Part shown: positions 41,375 through 55,041 of the stretch, one piece after another
How positions within the stretch are numbered: position 1 is the stretch's first letter
Layout: the number at the start of each line of letters is the position of its first letter
Assembly (NCBI GenBank): GCA_002473165.1
Contig: DKSD01000011.1
Coordinates: 2,163-66,162, forward strand
Direction of reading: 5' to 3'
From: Succinatimonas sp. UBA7265
GTDB lineage: Bacteria; Pseudomonadota; Gammaproteobacteria; Enterobacterales; Succinivibrionaceae
Length of the DNA: 64,000 nt
Position numbers and translations under genes: made by a program
The notes under the pieces: model-generated
What the model was told of the DNA's origin: nothing
What the model saw: the letters and a program-made list of their open reading frames with translations, nothing else
Database searches by the model: none

Positions 41375-42178
41375 ATGTACAAAACCCCGGCGTATTTAAA
41401 AGGGCGCGCGCGCCTTAAACAGCGAGCCAGGCTGCTGTGCCTCATAGGCTGGAAACTGGCCGTCTCAGGCGCGGAAACGCGGCTTATCATGCAGACGCTC
41501 GAGAAACTCTGTGAAAAGCTGCATCTGGAGCCCCCTGAGATCATCGTGACGCGCTCGGTCATCTGGATTGAGATCTGCCAGGGCTGCGCGCGCGAGTGCG
41601 CCCAGCGCAAGATCCGCGCCTTCGGCATCAACATGAGCGAGGTTTCAGAGATCTCGCTTTTGTGCGCCCGCTTCCTGCGCGACGGTTTCGGCTCATTTGA
41701 GGAATTTGAGCAGGCGGCGGAAGCTGTCGGCTCGCCGCGCTACGATCCCAGGTTTTTATGCGTCATCGAGGCTTTCGCGGCGCTGTGCTTTGCCTTCTGC
41801 AACGGCGGCGATCTCAAGGTGTGCCTCGCCGCGCTCGCAGGCGGCTTCGTGCTCATGGCCGTGCGCTTTTGCATGAGCGCGCGCGGCTACTTCACGGCCT
41901 TCGTGTTCATCGTCGCCGCCTTTTCAGGCTGCAGCGCCGCCATGCTGGCCTCGCGCTATGTGACCGGCGCCGACGAGGGCGAGATGCGCCTGGCGATCAT
42001 GGCCACGACGCTGCTGCTCGTGCCTGGGTACCCGTACATGAACGGATTTTTGGACGTGTTCAAAGGCTACCTCGAGACCGGAGTGTTCCGGCTCATGCAC
42101 TCGGTCGTGCTGACCATGGCCGCCGCCATGGGACTGCTCGGGGCGCTGTGGTTTACGGGGATCATCGAAAATGTCTGA
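41375..42178 (+). CDS. yjjP: Threonine/serine-exporter-family membrane protein, YjjP-like (DUF1212/ThrE N-part)
   Basis: The size and topology match YjjP. 'AVSGAETRLIMQTLEKL' and 'LLLVPGYPYMNGFLD' are ThrE-family-like. Followed by an overlapping yjjB-like gene. Confidence 0.65.
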   Translation: MYKTPAYLKGRARLKQRARLLCLIGWKLAVSGAETRLIMQTLEKLCEKLHLEPPEIIVTRSVIWIEICQGCARECAQRKIRAFGINMSEVSEISLLCARFLRDGFGSFEEFEQAAEAVGSPRYDPRFLCVIEAFAALCFAFCNGGDLKVCLAALAGGFVLMAVRFCMSARGYFTAFVFIVAAFSGCSAAMLASRYVTGADEGEMRLAIMATTLLLVPGYPYMNGFLDVFKGYLETGVFRLMHSVVLTMAAAMGLLGALWFTGIIENV

Positions 42179-42653
42179 CGCGCTCGCGCTGCGCATCCTC
42201 ATGGAAGGCGGCGCCGCCGCTTTCATCGCCGTGGCCTTTGCCATGCTCTTTGCCGTGCCCGCGCGCTTCCTGCCTTACGTGGCTCTGGGCGGCGCGCTGA
42301 CGCGCATGCTGCGCACGGCGCTGTTTTCAGGGGCCGGGACCGAGGTGGCCGTCGCGACCTTTCTCTCCTGCGCCGTGACCTCGCTGCTGTTTATCTGGGT
42401 GGCGCCCAGGCTCTGCGTGCCGCGCCCGGTGTTCACCGTGGCCTCCGTCATCCCGCTCATCCCGGGCATGGACGCCTACACCTGCCTCGTGGCGCTGTAC
42501 GGCGTCATCGATGATCCGCAGCGGCTTATAGATCAAAACGCCTACCTCATCGTCCACCACGGCATGCGCTGCTTTGCCATCCTGCTCTCCATCTGCCTGG
42601 GGATCGCCATCCCGCCGCTGTTCTTCTACCGCCTTAGATCAAACGGGGTGTGA
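42171..42653 (+). CDS. yjjB: Threonine/serine-exporter-family membrane protein, YjjB-like (DUF3815)
   Basis: 160 aa with 4-5 TM segments. 'VIPLIPGMDAY' is characteristic. The start overlaps the upstream gene by 8 nt. Confidence 0.65.
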   Translation: MSDALALRILMEGGAAAFIAVAFAMLFAVPARFLPYVALGGALTRMLRTALFSGAGTEVAVATFLSCAVTSLLFIWVAPRLCVPRPVFTVASVIPLIPGMDAYTCLVALYGVIDDPQRLIDQNAYLIVHHGMRCFAILLSICLGIAIPPLFFYRLRSNGV

Positions 42654-42813
42654 GGGCGCCAGGGCGCTGTAAGGGTCAAAACGCCGGCAAAAACCGTGAA
42701 CCAGCCCGCAAAAACGTGCGCAAACGCAAAATTTCACGGTTTTTTTAGCATATTCAGGGAGGTTACAAGAAAATTCCTGTATATACTGGAAAAAAGCGCG
42801 CATGGAGGCTCAC

Positions 42814-43311
42814 ATGGGAAATTACGTTTTCCGCAAAGCCGAGGCCGGCGAGGCCCAAAAGCTGCAGGATCTGGCTTATAACGCCCTGCCCTCGGAATTC
42901 TCCGGAGTGCTCACCACCGGCGAGATCGACTACATGGCAGACCGCCTGTTCTCCCAGGAAGTGCTGCAAAACAACCTCTCAGAGGGAGAGCGCATCCTCA
43001 TCGCCTCAAAAGACGGCACGGACTGCGCTTTTGGCTCCTATTTAAAACAGGGTCCCGATCTCTATCTCATCAACAAGCTCTATGTCATCGAAGGCTACCA
43101 GGATCAGGGCGCGGGCAGCGCGCTCTTCGACGAGATCGTCTCCGCCATTAAAAAAGAGCACCCGCAAAGATGCACGGCCGAGCTTTTGGTGAGCCACTCA
43201 AACCCGCAGCTGGGCTTCTACCTAAAAAAAGGCATGAAGCCGGTGCGCGAGGCGCTTTTTGATCTCGACGATCTCGAACTGGTGCAGCAGGTGCTCTCAT
43301 TGGAGATTTAA
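42814..43311 (+). CDS. GNAT-family N-acetyltransferase
   Basis: 'LYVIEGYQDQGAGSALFDEIV' is acetyl-CoA-binding motif A. GGAGG lies 5 nt upstream of the ATG at 42814. Confidence 0.7.
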   Translation: MGNYVFRKAEAGEAQKLQDLAYNALPSEFSGVLTTGEIDYMADRLFSQEVLQNNLSEGERILIASKDGTDCAFGSYLKQGPDLYLINKLYVIEGYQDQGAGSALFDEIVSAIKKEHPQRCTAELLVSHSNPQLGFYLKKGMKPVREALFDLDDLELVQQVLSLEI

Positions 43312-43568
43312 GAGCGGCCGCTGCGCCTTTGTGATGCCGCGGCTGCACCGCTGCGGAATACTCGCGATTTTGATCGTTTTTAAGCGCTCTTTTACAGTGC
43401 ATGCTCAGCTTTTGGGCATTTTGTAAAATTATCTCAATAACTCCATGATCGGGCGCGTTAAATAGTCGAGATAGCGCCGCTCTCCCCTGCCGCGGTCTTC
43501 TGCCTCATCCCTTGCCCGAGCGCCGTTTTTTGGCTTTAAAATTTTTATAAACAGTCAATTAACTTTAA

Positions 43569-43585
43569 TGCACATTTTAAGTGCA
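43569..43585. promoter_or_regulatory. 17-bp palindrome TGCAC-N7-GTGCA upstream of glnA (NtrC-box-like)
   Basis: tgcacattttaagtgca. The enterobacterial NtrC consensus is TGCACC-N5-GGTGCA, which has the same 17-bp span. Confidence 0.35.
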
Positions 43586-43631
43586 GTCATGCCCGTGCGC
43601 GGTGACGGGACGCACCTCCGCGGCCCGTCCT

Positions 43632-43660
43632 TTGACATCCGCCTTCAGGCAAAGCAAAAT
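43632..43660 (+). promoter_or_regulatory. Candidate sigma70 promoter of glnA (-35 TTGACA, 17-nt spacer, -10 CAAAAT)
   Basis: TTGACA at 43632-37 and CAAAAT at 43655-60, about 48 nt upstream of the ATG. Confidence 0.4.
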
Positions 43661-43707
43661 TCAGCCATAAAGAATTTTTGAATTCACTTGTAAATGGAGC
43701 GTTCCAG

Positions 43708-45117
43708 ATGGAATTTAGCGATGTTAGCAAACTGATTAAAGACAACGACGTTAAGTTTGCGGACCTCAGGTTCACTGACACCCGCGGCAAAGAGCAGCAC
43801 ATTTCCCTGCCGATCTCCGCCGTCACCGAGAAGTTCTTCTCGCAGGGCAAGATGTTCGACGGTTCCTCGATCGCCGGCTGGCGCGGCATCGACAAGTCCG
43901 ACATGATCCTGATGCCGGACATCTCCACCGTGGTGCTCGATCCTTTCTACGCTGATCCGACCATCCTCATCCGCTGCGACATTTTAGAGCCGCAGACCAT
44001 GACCGGCTATTCAAGGGATCCGCGCTCCATCGCCAAGCGCGCCGAGGAATACTTAAAGTCCACCGGCGTGGGCGACGCTTCCTACTTCGGCCCGGAGCCT
44101 GAGTTCTTCCTGTTCGACTCCGTGCGCTTTAAGACCGAGATGAAAGGTTCCATGGTCGAGATCGACGATGTCGAGGCCGCCTGGAACAGCGACGCCGATT
44201 ACGAAGGCGGCAACAAGGGCTACCGCCCGGCCGTCAAAGGCGGCTACTTCCCGGTTCCGCCGGTCGACTCCTCACAGAACATCCGCTCTGCCATGTGCAA
44301 AGTGATGGCCAAGATGGGCATGGAGCTTGAGGCTCACCACCACGAAGTCGCCACCGCCGGCCAGAACGAAATCGCCACCGCTTTCAGATCGCTGACCAGA
44401 AAGGCCGATGAAGTCTTGATGTACAAGTACATCGTGCAGAACGTCGCCTTCCAGTACGGCAAGACCGCCACGTTTATGCCTAAGCCCATTTACGGCGACA
44501 ACGGCAACGGCATGCACTGCCATCAGTCCATCGGCAAGAACGGCACGAACATCTTCGCCGGCTCCCTCTACGGCGGCCTGTCCCAGGAAGCGCTGTGGTA
44601 CATCGGCGGCATCATCAAGCATGCCAAGGCCTTAAACGCCTTCACGAACCCTTCGACGAACTCTTACAAGCGCCTGGTGCCGCACTTTGAAGCCCCGCTC
44701 ATGCTGGCCTACTCCGCCAACAACCGCTCGGCTTCGATCCGCATCCCGTACTCGATCAACCCCAAGGGCGCCCACATCGAAGTCCGCTTCCCTGACTGCA
44801 TGGCCAACCCTTACCTCGCGTTCTCCGCCATGCTCATGGCCGGTCTCGACGGTATCCTGAACCACATCGAGCCGGGCGATCCTATGGACAAGAACCTCTA
44901 CGATCTGCCTCCTGAGGAAGCCCAGAAGATCCCGCAGGTGTGCACTTCCCTTGAGGAAGCCTTAAAGAGCCTGCAGGCTGACAAGGACTTCCTGCTCCAG
45001 GGCGGCGTGTTCTCCGAGGACTTCATCGGCTCCTACATCGATCTCAAGACCGAGGAAGACACCAAGGTGCGTTCAACTCCTGCTCCGGCCGAGTTCGAGC
45101 TGTACTACAGCCTCTGA
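43708..45117 (+). CDS. glnA: Glutamine synthetase type I (adenylylatable)
   Basis: '[16 protein letters not shown]', 'MHCHQS', 'SIRIP', and the adenylylation-site context '[10 protein letters not shown]'. GGAG RBS. 469 aa from the ATG at 43708. Confidence 0.96.
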   Translation: MEFSDVSKLIKDNDVKFADLRFTDTRGKEQHISLPISAVTEKFFSQGKMFDGSSIAGWRGIDKSDMILMPDISTVVLDPFYADPTILIRCDILEPQTMTGYSRDPRSIAKRAEEYLKSTGVGDASYFGPEPEFFLFDSVRFKTEMKGSMVEIDDVEAAWNSDADYEGGNKGYRPAVKGGYFPVPPVDSSQNIRSAMCKVMAKMGMELEAHHHEVATAGQNEIATAFRSLTRKADEVLMYKYIVQNVAFQYGKTATFMPKPIYGDNGNGMHCHQSIGKNGTNIFAGSLYGGLSQEALWYIGGIIKHAKALNAFTNPSTNSYKRLVPHFEAPLMLAYSANNRSASIRIPYSINPKGAHIEVRFPDCMANPYLAFSAMLMAGLDGILNHIEPGDPMDKNLYDLPPEEAQKIPQVCTSLEEALKSLQADKDFLLQGGVFSEDFIGSYIDLKTEEDTKVRSTPAPAEFELYYSL

Positions 45118-45130
45118 TCTAAAATACGTC

Positions 45131-45155
45131 AAAGCCCGGCGCGTCCGGGCTTTTG
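45131..45155 (+). terminator. Terminator hairpin 1 after glnA
   Basis: aaagcccgg-cgcgt-ccgggcttt followed by tg. Confidence 0.7.
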
Positions 45156-45167
45156 CAAGCGTAACTC

Positions 45168-45194
45168 AGGCCCCGCTTTTGGGGCCTTGTTTTT
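45168..45194 (+). terminator. Terminator hairpin 2 after glnA
   Basis: aggcccc-gctttt-ggggcct followed by tgttttt. Confidence 0.6.
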
Positions 45195-45233
45195 CCCCTG
45201 CAGGTCGCGCCCTGCAGCAAGACAGGTGACCAA

Positions 45234-49823
<4,590 letters not shown>

Positions 49824-49824
49824 C

Positions 49825-51288
49825 ATGGGTTTTGAAAGAGGCTTTCTCGATTACGAGCGCATCGAGCCTGCCAAGGCTCCGGTCTCCGAGCGCATCAAAA
49901 ACTTCAAAGAGTACTACGCGACGCTCTCGGATGCCGACGCCAAAATCCAGGCCGGGCGCTGCATGGACTGCGGCACGCCGTTTTGCATGCACAAATGCCC
50001 GCTGCACAACATCATCCCGGACTTCAACGATTTCGCCTGCCAGGGCGAATTCTCCAAGGCCCTGAACGTGCTGCAGAGCACCAGCCCCTTCCCCGAGCTC
50101 ACCGGCAGGCTCTGCCCGGCGCTGTGCGAGGAGGGCTGCACGCTGGGGATCCACCGCGATCCGGTGGGCATAAAGAGCATAGAGCGCAAGATCGCCGAAT
50201 ACGCCTTTGAGCACGGGCTGATGCACGCCGAGCCCTCGGTGCACCGCACGTTTAAGAAAGTCGCGATCGTGGGCTCAGGCCCGGCGGCCCTCGCCTGCGC
50301 CCAGGCGCTGGGGCGCCGCGGCCACCAGGTCACGGTGTTTGAGAAAAACGATCGCATCGGCGGCCTGTTGCGCTACGGCATCCCTGACTTCAAGCTGCCC
50401 AAGGAGATCTTAGACCGCCGCCTGGCGCTCATGGAGGCCGAGGGGATCATCTTCCGCCCCGGCGTGCTCGTGGGCAAAAAAGGCGATCGCGACACCGGGG
50501 TGTTCTGCAATGCCTCGGAGGTGATCTCCCCTGAGGAGCTCAAGGCCAAATTCGACGCCGTGGTGCTCTGCCCGGGCTCCGAGGTCCCGCGTGATCTTAA
50601 GATCAAAGGCCGCGAGCTTAAAGGCGTGTATTTCGCGCTCGAGTTCCTCATCGGCCAGAACCTTGAGATGCAGGGCGAGGGCGAGAACCCCGTGGATGTG
50701 CGCGGCAAGAAGGTCGTGGTCATCGGCGGCGGCGAGACGGCTTCCGACTGCATCGGCACGGCGATCCGCAAAGGCGCCTCCGAGGTCACCCAGCTTGACT
50801 ACCACGACGAGCTGCCGGCCACGGTGGACATCATGGAAGCCTGGCCTGACTGGAAGCGCATCAAACGCACCTCCCCTTCGCAGGAGGAGGGCTGCACCCG
50901 CCTGTTCTCGACGAACACCACGTCGTTTGAAGGCAAAGACGGCGCTCTTAGCGCAATCACCACGCAGAAGGTCAAATGGGGCGAGGGGCATCACTTTGAG
51001 GGCATCAAGGGCACCGAAGGGCGCATGGATGCCGACGTGGCGCTCATCGCCATGGGCTACGCCCATCCCTCCGCGCACCTTGCAGAGGAGTTCGGGCTTA
51101 AGACGACGGCGCGCGGCAGCCTTGAGGCGGCATACGAAGGCCCTGAGGCTTTTTGCACCTCCGATCCCAAGGTGTTCGCCGCAGGCGACGGCCGCCGCGG
51201 CCAGTCGCTCGTCGTGTGGGCGCTGGCTGAAGGCAGGCTGTGCGCCGAGGCGGTCGACCGCTTCCTCTGCACCGTGCCCCACCGCTAA
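49825..51288 (+). CDS. gltD: Glutamate synthase (NADPH) small subunit
   Basis: Fe-S Cys clusters 'CMDCGTPFC..C' and 'CPALCEEGC'. Dinucleotide folds 'VAIVGSGPAALACA' and 'VVVIGGGETASDC'. Confidence 0.96.
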   Translation: MGFERGFLDYERIEPAKAPVSERIKNFKEYYATLSDADAKIQAGRCMDCGTPFCMHKCPLHNIIPDFNDFACQGEFSKALNVLQSTSPFPELTGRLCPALCEEGCTLGIHRDPVGIKSIERKIAEYAFEHGLMHAEPSVHRTFKKVAIVGSGPAALACAQALGRRGHQVTVFEKNDRIGGLLRYGIPDFKLPKEILDRRLALMEAEGIIFRPGVLVGKKGDRDTGVFCNASEVISPEELKAKFDAVVLCPGSEVPRDLKIKGRELKGVYFALEFLIGQNLEMQGEGENPVDVRGKKVVVIGGGETASDCIGTAIRKGASEVTQLDYHDELPATVDIMEAWPDWKRIKRTSPSQEEGCTRLFSTNTTSFEGKDGALSAITTQKVKWGEGHHFEGIKGTEGRMDADVALIAMGYAHPSAHLAEEFGLKTTARGSLEAAYEGPEAFCTSDPKVFAAGDGRRGQSLVVWALAEGRLCAEAVDRFLCTVPHR

Positions 51289-51309
51289 ACGCGCTTAAAG
51301 CAGATTCAA

Positions 51310-51340
51310 GGCGCTCCCGTAAAAACGGGGGCGCTTTTTT
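51310..51340 (+). terminator. Rho-independent terminator of gltBD
   Basis: ggcgctcccg-taaaaa-cgggggcgc followed by tttttt. Confidence 0.8.
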
Positions 51341-51480
51341 GCGCCCGTCTCAGGCTGTGATCAGGGCGGCGTTTTCCTCATTTTGGGGCAGGGCGCACAA
51401 AGAACGGGCGGGCTGAATTTACTGAACTGTCAGTTTTAGTTTATTGTTATATGGATTATTTGCGGTAAGTTTGCGCAAGC

Positions 51481-51520
51481 GGTGCGATTTTGGTGCAGAA
51501 AAACGGCCTTTATTGCACCA
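51481..51520. promoter_or_regulatory. Cluster of GGTGCG / GGTGCA / TGCACC half-sites upstream of gdhA
   Basis: ggtgcg(51481-86)-attt-tggtgca(51491-97)-N16-tgcacca(51514-20). These are the same half-site words as the glnA palindrome. Confidence 0.35.
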
Positions 51521-51596
51521 CGGCGAACGGATAAGGTAAATTTACTTCAGTTTAACTGAACCCCAAAACCTTAATCCGTGGGAGGATTAACACCTT

Positions 51597-52949
51597 ATGT
51601 CATATTCAGAAAACGTACTGTCCGCTCTCAAGGCCCGCTATCCTTACCAGCCTGAATTCCTCCAGGCTGCCGAGGAGATCTTAAAGACGCTGCAGCCGGC
51701 GCTCGACAAGAACCCGGTTTACGAGAAGAACAAGATCCTCGAGCGCCTGACCGAGCCGGAGAGGACTTTCTCCTTCCGCGTCGAATGGGTTGACGACAAG
51801 GGCCAGATCCAGGTAAACCACGGCTACCGCGTGCAGTTTAACAGCGCGATCGGCCCCTACAAGGGCGGCCTGCGCTTCCACCCTTCCGTAAATGAGGGCA
51901 TCTTAAAGTTCTTAGGCCTCGAGCAGATCTTAAAGAACTCGCTCACCGGCACCCCCATCGGCGGCGCCAAGGGCGGCGCGGACTTTGATCCCAAGGGCAA
52001 GTCCGACAACGAGGTCATGCGCTTCTGCCAGGCCTTCATGATCCAGCTTTACCGCTACATCGGCGCCACCGTCGACGTGCCGGCCGGCGACATCGGCGTC
52101 GGCGGCCGCGAGATCGGCTACCTCTACGGCGCCTACAAGCGCCTGACGACCCGCTATGAGGGCATCCTCACCGGCAAGGGCCTGACCTACGGCGGCTCGC
52201 TGGCCCGCACCGAGGCCACGGGCTACGGCCTCGTGTACTTCACCGACGCCATGCTCAAAGACCGCGGCGATTCCTTAAAGGGCAAGATCTGCTCCGTCTC
52301 AGGCGCCGGCAACGTCGCCACCTACTGCTGCGAGAAGCTCTACCAGATGGGCGCCACCCCGGTCACCGTGTCCGACTCCCGCGGCTTCATCTACGATCCT
52401 AACGGCATCAAGGTCGACGTGCTCGAGCAGGTCAAGCAGCAGGAGCGCGCCCCGCTCTCCCGCTACGCCGAGCTCGTGCCCACCGCCAAGTTCACCCCGG
52501 TTTCCGCCTACCCTGCAGGCCGCCACCCGGTGTGGGACGTCAAGGTCGACGCCGCCTTCCCGTGCGCGACGCAGAACGAGCTTAACGAAGAGGACGCCAA
52601 GGCCCTGTTAAAGAACGGCTGCAAGTGCGTCGCCGAGGGCGCGAACATGCCTTCGACGATCGGCGCCATCAACGAGTTCTTAAAGGCCGGCATCGCCTAC
52701 GGCCCGGCCAAGGCTGCCAACGCCGGCGGCGTGGCCACCTCCCAGCTCGAGATGGAGCAGAACGCCGGCATGACCGCCTGGACTTTTGAAGAGGTCGACG
52801 GCAAGCTGCACAACATCATGACGAACCTCTACAACAACGCTGCCGCCACCGCCCGCGAGTTCAAGCTCGACGGCAACCTGGTGCTCGGCGCCAATATCGC
52901 CGGCTTCCGCAAGGTCGCCGAGGCCATGATCGCCCAGGGCGTGATCTAA
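51597..52949 (+). CDS. gdhA: NADP-specific glutamate dehydrogenase
   Basis: 'GPYKGGLRFHPSV', 'GGAKGG(A)DFDPKG', 'VSGAGNVA'. GGAGG RBS. Confidence 0.95.
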   Translation: MSYSENVLSALKARYPYQPEFLQAAEEILKTLQPALDKNPVYEKNKILERLTEPERTFSFRVEWVDDKGQIQVNHGYRVQFNSAIGPYKGGLRFHPSVNEGILKFLGLEQILKNSLTGTPIGGAKGGADFDPKGKSDNEVMRFCQAFMIQLYRYIGATVDVPAGDIGVGGREIGYLYGAYKRLTTRYEGILTGKGLTYGGSLARTEATGYGLVYFTDAMLKDRGDSLKGKICSVSGAGNVATYCCEKLYQMGATPVTVSDSRGFIYDPNGIKVDVLEQVKQQERAPLSRYAELVPTAKFTPVSAYPAGRHPVWDVKVDAAFPCATQNELNEEDAKALLKNGCKCVAEGANMPSTIGAINEFLKAGIAYGPAKAANAGGVATSQLEMEQNAGMTAWTFEEVDGKLHNIMTNLYNNAAATAREFKLDGNLVLGANIAGFRKVAEAMIAQGVI

Positions 52950-52966
52950 GCGCGCTTAATGCCATA

Positions 52967-53001
52967 AGCCCCCGGGATCCTCAGGGTCCCGGGGGCTTTT
53001 T
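52967..53001 (+). terminator. Rho-independent terminator of gdhA
   Basis: aagcccccgggatcc-tca-gggtcccgggggctt followed by tttt. Confidence 0.8.
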
Positions 53002-53032
53002 GCCGGCGTTTTGGCTGAAGCCGCGCTCAGGC

Positions 53033-54811
53033 CTAAGCCTTAACTTTCAGATCTTTGACAGCCACGGCGCACTGGCGGCGGCAGAAAGCGATGCCAAAAC
53101 CTAAGATCCTGCGCATGCCTTGCTGCCTTACAGCCTCGGCATAGTCCTGGTCCTCAATTTGCTCAATAGCCTCAGAGGCTTTTTTGCTCAGATCTTTGCG
53201 ATTTGCGGCATATTTAAGCTCGATCACCACTCCGGTTTTCCGATCCCGGGAGAGGAACGTGATGTCAGCATAGCCCTCTCCGCTGTCGGTATTGGAAGAG
53301 AGAGCGGAAATCAGATCTGACGATGAAACGAGGATCCCGTTGAGCATGCCGTGGTAATTGATTTCTTTGGGCTCCCTGCCGGCAAGATCGCGTGACGAAA
53401 CAAACACACTCAGAGCGCTGCCTAAAGCCGCTGACAGCTCATCGGCATTGCCGCAGAGCAGCTGTTCCACGATCTTCTTTGAATAACTGTCAAAATATCT
53501 GCCGCCTCTTTTGCGGTAATAGGCCATGATATTGTCATTAAAACACTGCCTGACCTCGGCATTGGGAATGCGGAACTCGTGTTCGCTGCGCTCGCCTGCT
53601 TTTACCAGCGTCAGATAGCCGGCATAAACCAGCAGGTTCCAAAACTGAGCGGGATCGTTCAAATCGAGTTCGCCGTAATTCATGCCTTCATCGATCCTGA
53701 CTTCAATGCTCCCGCCGTCGAGCAGTTCCTGAAGTTTTTCGGCATTGGCTTCATCAAGCCCCGGCATAAACTGAGTGAGGATCCGGCTGCTGCTCGTTTT
53801 GTTCCAGTAAGCCTCCGGCCTGACCTTGGCCGGATCATGCTTGTCGCACAGCGCCTCGACATAACAGCTGACATCCCACGGACAAAAGAGCTCACGGCCG
53901 TTAATGCTGTAGCCGTCGTACCAGCTTCTGGTCTTTTCGTAGAAATCTTCGAAGCCGTAATAGCCCAGCATGGCTTTGACCTCATCGGGAGTGAAGCCTA
54001 AAGCGGTGCAAAGGCTGTCACTTTGAGTTAACACCGAGTCAACAGTGAAATTGTTAAGCCCGGTGAAGATCCCCTCTTTTGTCGCCCTCAGGCAGCCTGT
54101 AAGGATCCCCTTGCAGACGTCGCCGTTCGTCTTAAGGGCGCTCCCCAGCATGACTCCGATCACCTTGCTGAATTTCTCGTAATAATTCCCAGTTACCGCT
54201 TTCTGCAGCGGTACGTCGTATTCATCTATAAGCAGAACCGGTTTCCTGCCGCAGTGCTTGCGCAAAAAACCGCACAGTTTCTTAAGCGAGGTCTGCAGCG
54301 TCTTGATGCCGGCCTCAGTGCCTGAGCACAGCAGATCCTCATCCAAAAGTTTATTGAAAGATTTTTTCTCGCCGTCATTGAGCCTGGGGCTGTCTTTGAG
54401 CCACTCAAAGCTGTTGGCAAGATCCCATACCGTTTCTCCCAGCAGATCGCAGGCGTTTCTGAAATCCAGCCCGTCCACTTCCTTGAGCGTCAGCATCACT
54501 ACCGGGTACCGGCCCATGTGTTTTTGGCAAAATTCCTGATCCTCAGTCACTTTCAAACCCTTGAAGAGTTTTTGCTGCGCTGAAATATCGCCGGGATGCT
54601 CGTAGTCCATCTCGAGGAAACGCCGCAGCATGCTCATCGTAAGGGTTTTGCCAAAGCGCCTTGGCCGAAGCAGCAGCAGCCGGTTATCAGCCTCGAAGAT
54701 CGGCCTGATATACCGGGTTTTGTCGACATAGTAGTAGCCGTTTTCTATGAAAGCGCTGAAGTCTTCGGGGCCGGCCTGCGCCTTGAGCAGAGCGCGCTTT
54801 TCTAAATCCAT
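53033..54811 (-). CDS. AAA-ATPase_like (PF09820-type) N-terminal domain fused to a PD-(D/E)XK nuclease-like C-terminal domain (PDDEXK_9-type)
   Basis: 'YYYVDKTRYI...LLRPRRFGKTLTMSML' (variant P-loop), Walker B 'VLLIDEYDVPL', and C-terminal 'GYADITFL...GVVIELKYA' (D...E-x-K). The start is uncertain: the ATG at 54811 has GGAGG 12 nt upstream, and a TTG lies at 54844. Confidence 0.75.
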   Translation of the reverse strand: MDLEKRALLKAQAGPEDFSAFIENGYYYVDKTRYIRPIFEADNRLLLLRPRRFGKTLTMSMLRRFLEMDYEHPGDISAQQKLFKGLKVTEDQEFCQKHMGRYPVVMLTLKEVDGLDFRNACDLLGETVWDLANSFEWLKDSPRLNDGEKKSFNKLLDEDLLCSGTEAGIKTLQTSLKKLCGFLRKHCGRKPVLLIDEYDVPLQKAVTGNYYEKFSKVIGVMLGSALKTNGDVCKGILTGCLRATKEGIFTGLNNFTVDSVLTQSDSLCTALGFTPDEVKAMLGYYGFEDFYEKTRSWYDGYSINGRELFCPWDVSCYVEALCDKHDPAKVRPEAYWNKTSSSRILTQFMPGLDEANAEKLQELLDGGSIEVRIDEGMNYGELDLNDPAQFWNLLVYAGYLTLVKAGERSEHEFRIPNAEVRQCFNDNIMAYYRKRGGRYFDSYSKKIVEQLLCGNADELSAALGSALSVFVSSRDLAGREPKEINYHGMLNGILVSSSDLISALSSNTDSGEGYADITFLSRDRKTGVVIELKYAANRKDLSKKASEAIEQIEDQDYAEAVRQQGMRRILGFGIAFCRRQCAVAVKDLKVKA

Positions 54812-55041
54812 GGTGCTGTTCCGCCTCCAAATAACCCTTGCCAAATCCTTAAGTGAAATTGATCCCGGCCTTCAAAACGGTAAAACCCCGATCTCATCAA
54901 GCGCTAAGACCAAAACGCTCTGTGAGTTTTGCAGGATCTTCCACTGTCAGCATTTTGCATTAGCGACAAACGTGCAATTGCCGGTATGTCCCGGTCAAAG
55001 CCTAAACCTGCTGTATTTTCATTTTATGAAAGTGCCGTATG

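Noticed and set aside
43400-43707. A search for a sigma54 (-24 GG / -12 GC) promoter upstream of glnA. Candidates examined were tgggcattttgtaaa, tggctttaaaattttta and ggcaaagcaaaatt.
   Set aside because: None has GC at the correct 10-nt spacing from GG. Only a sigma70-like promoter is proposed.
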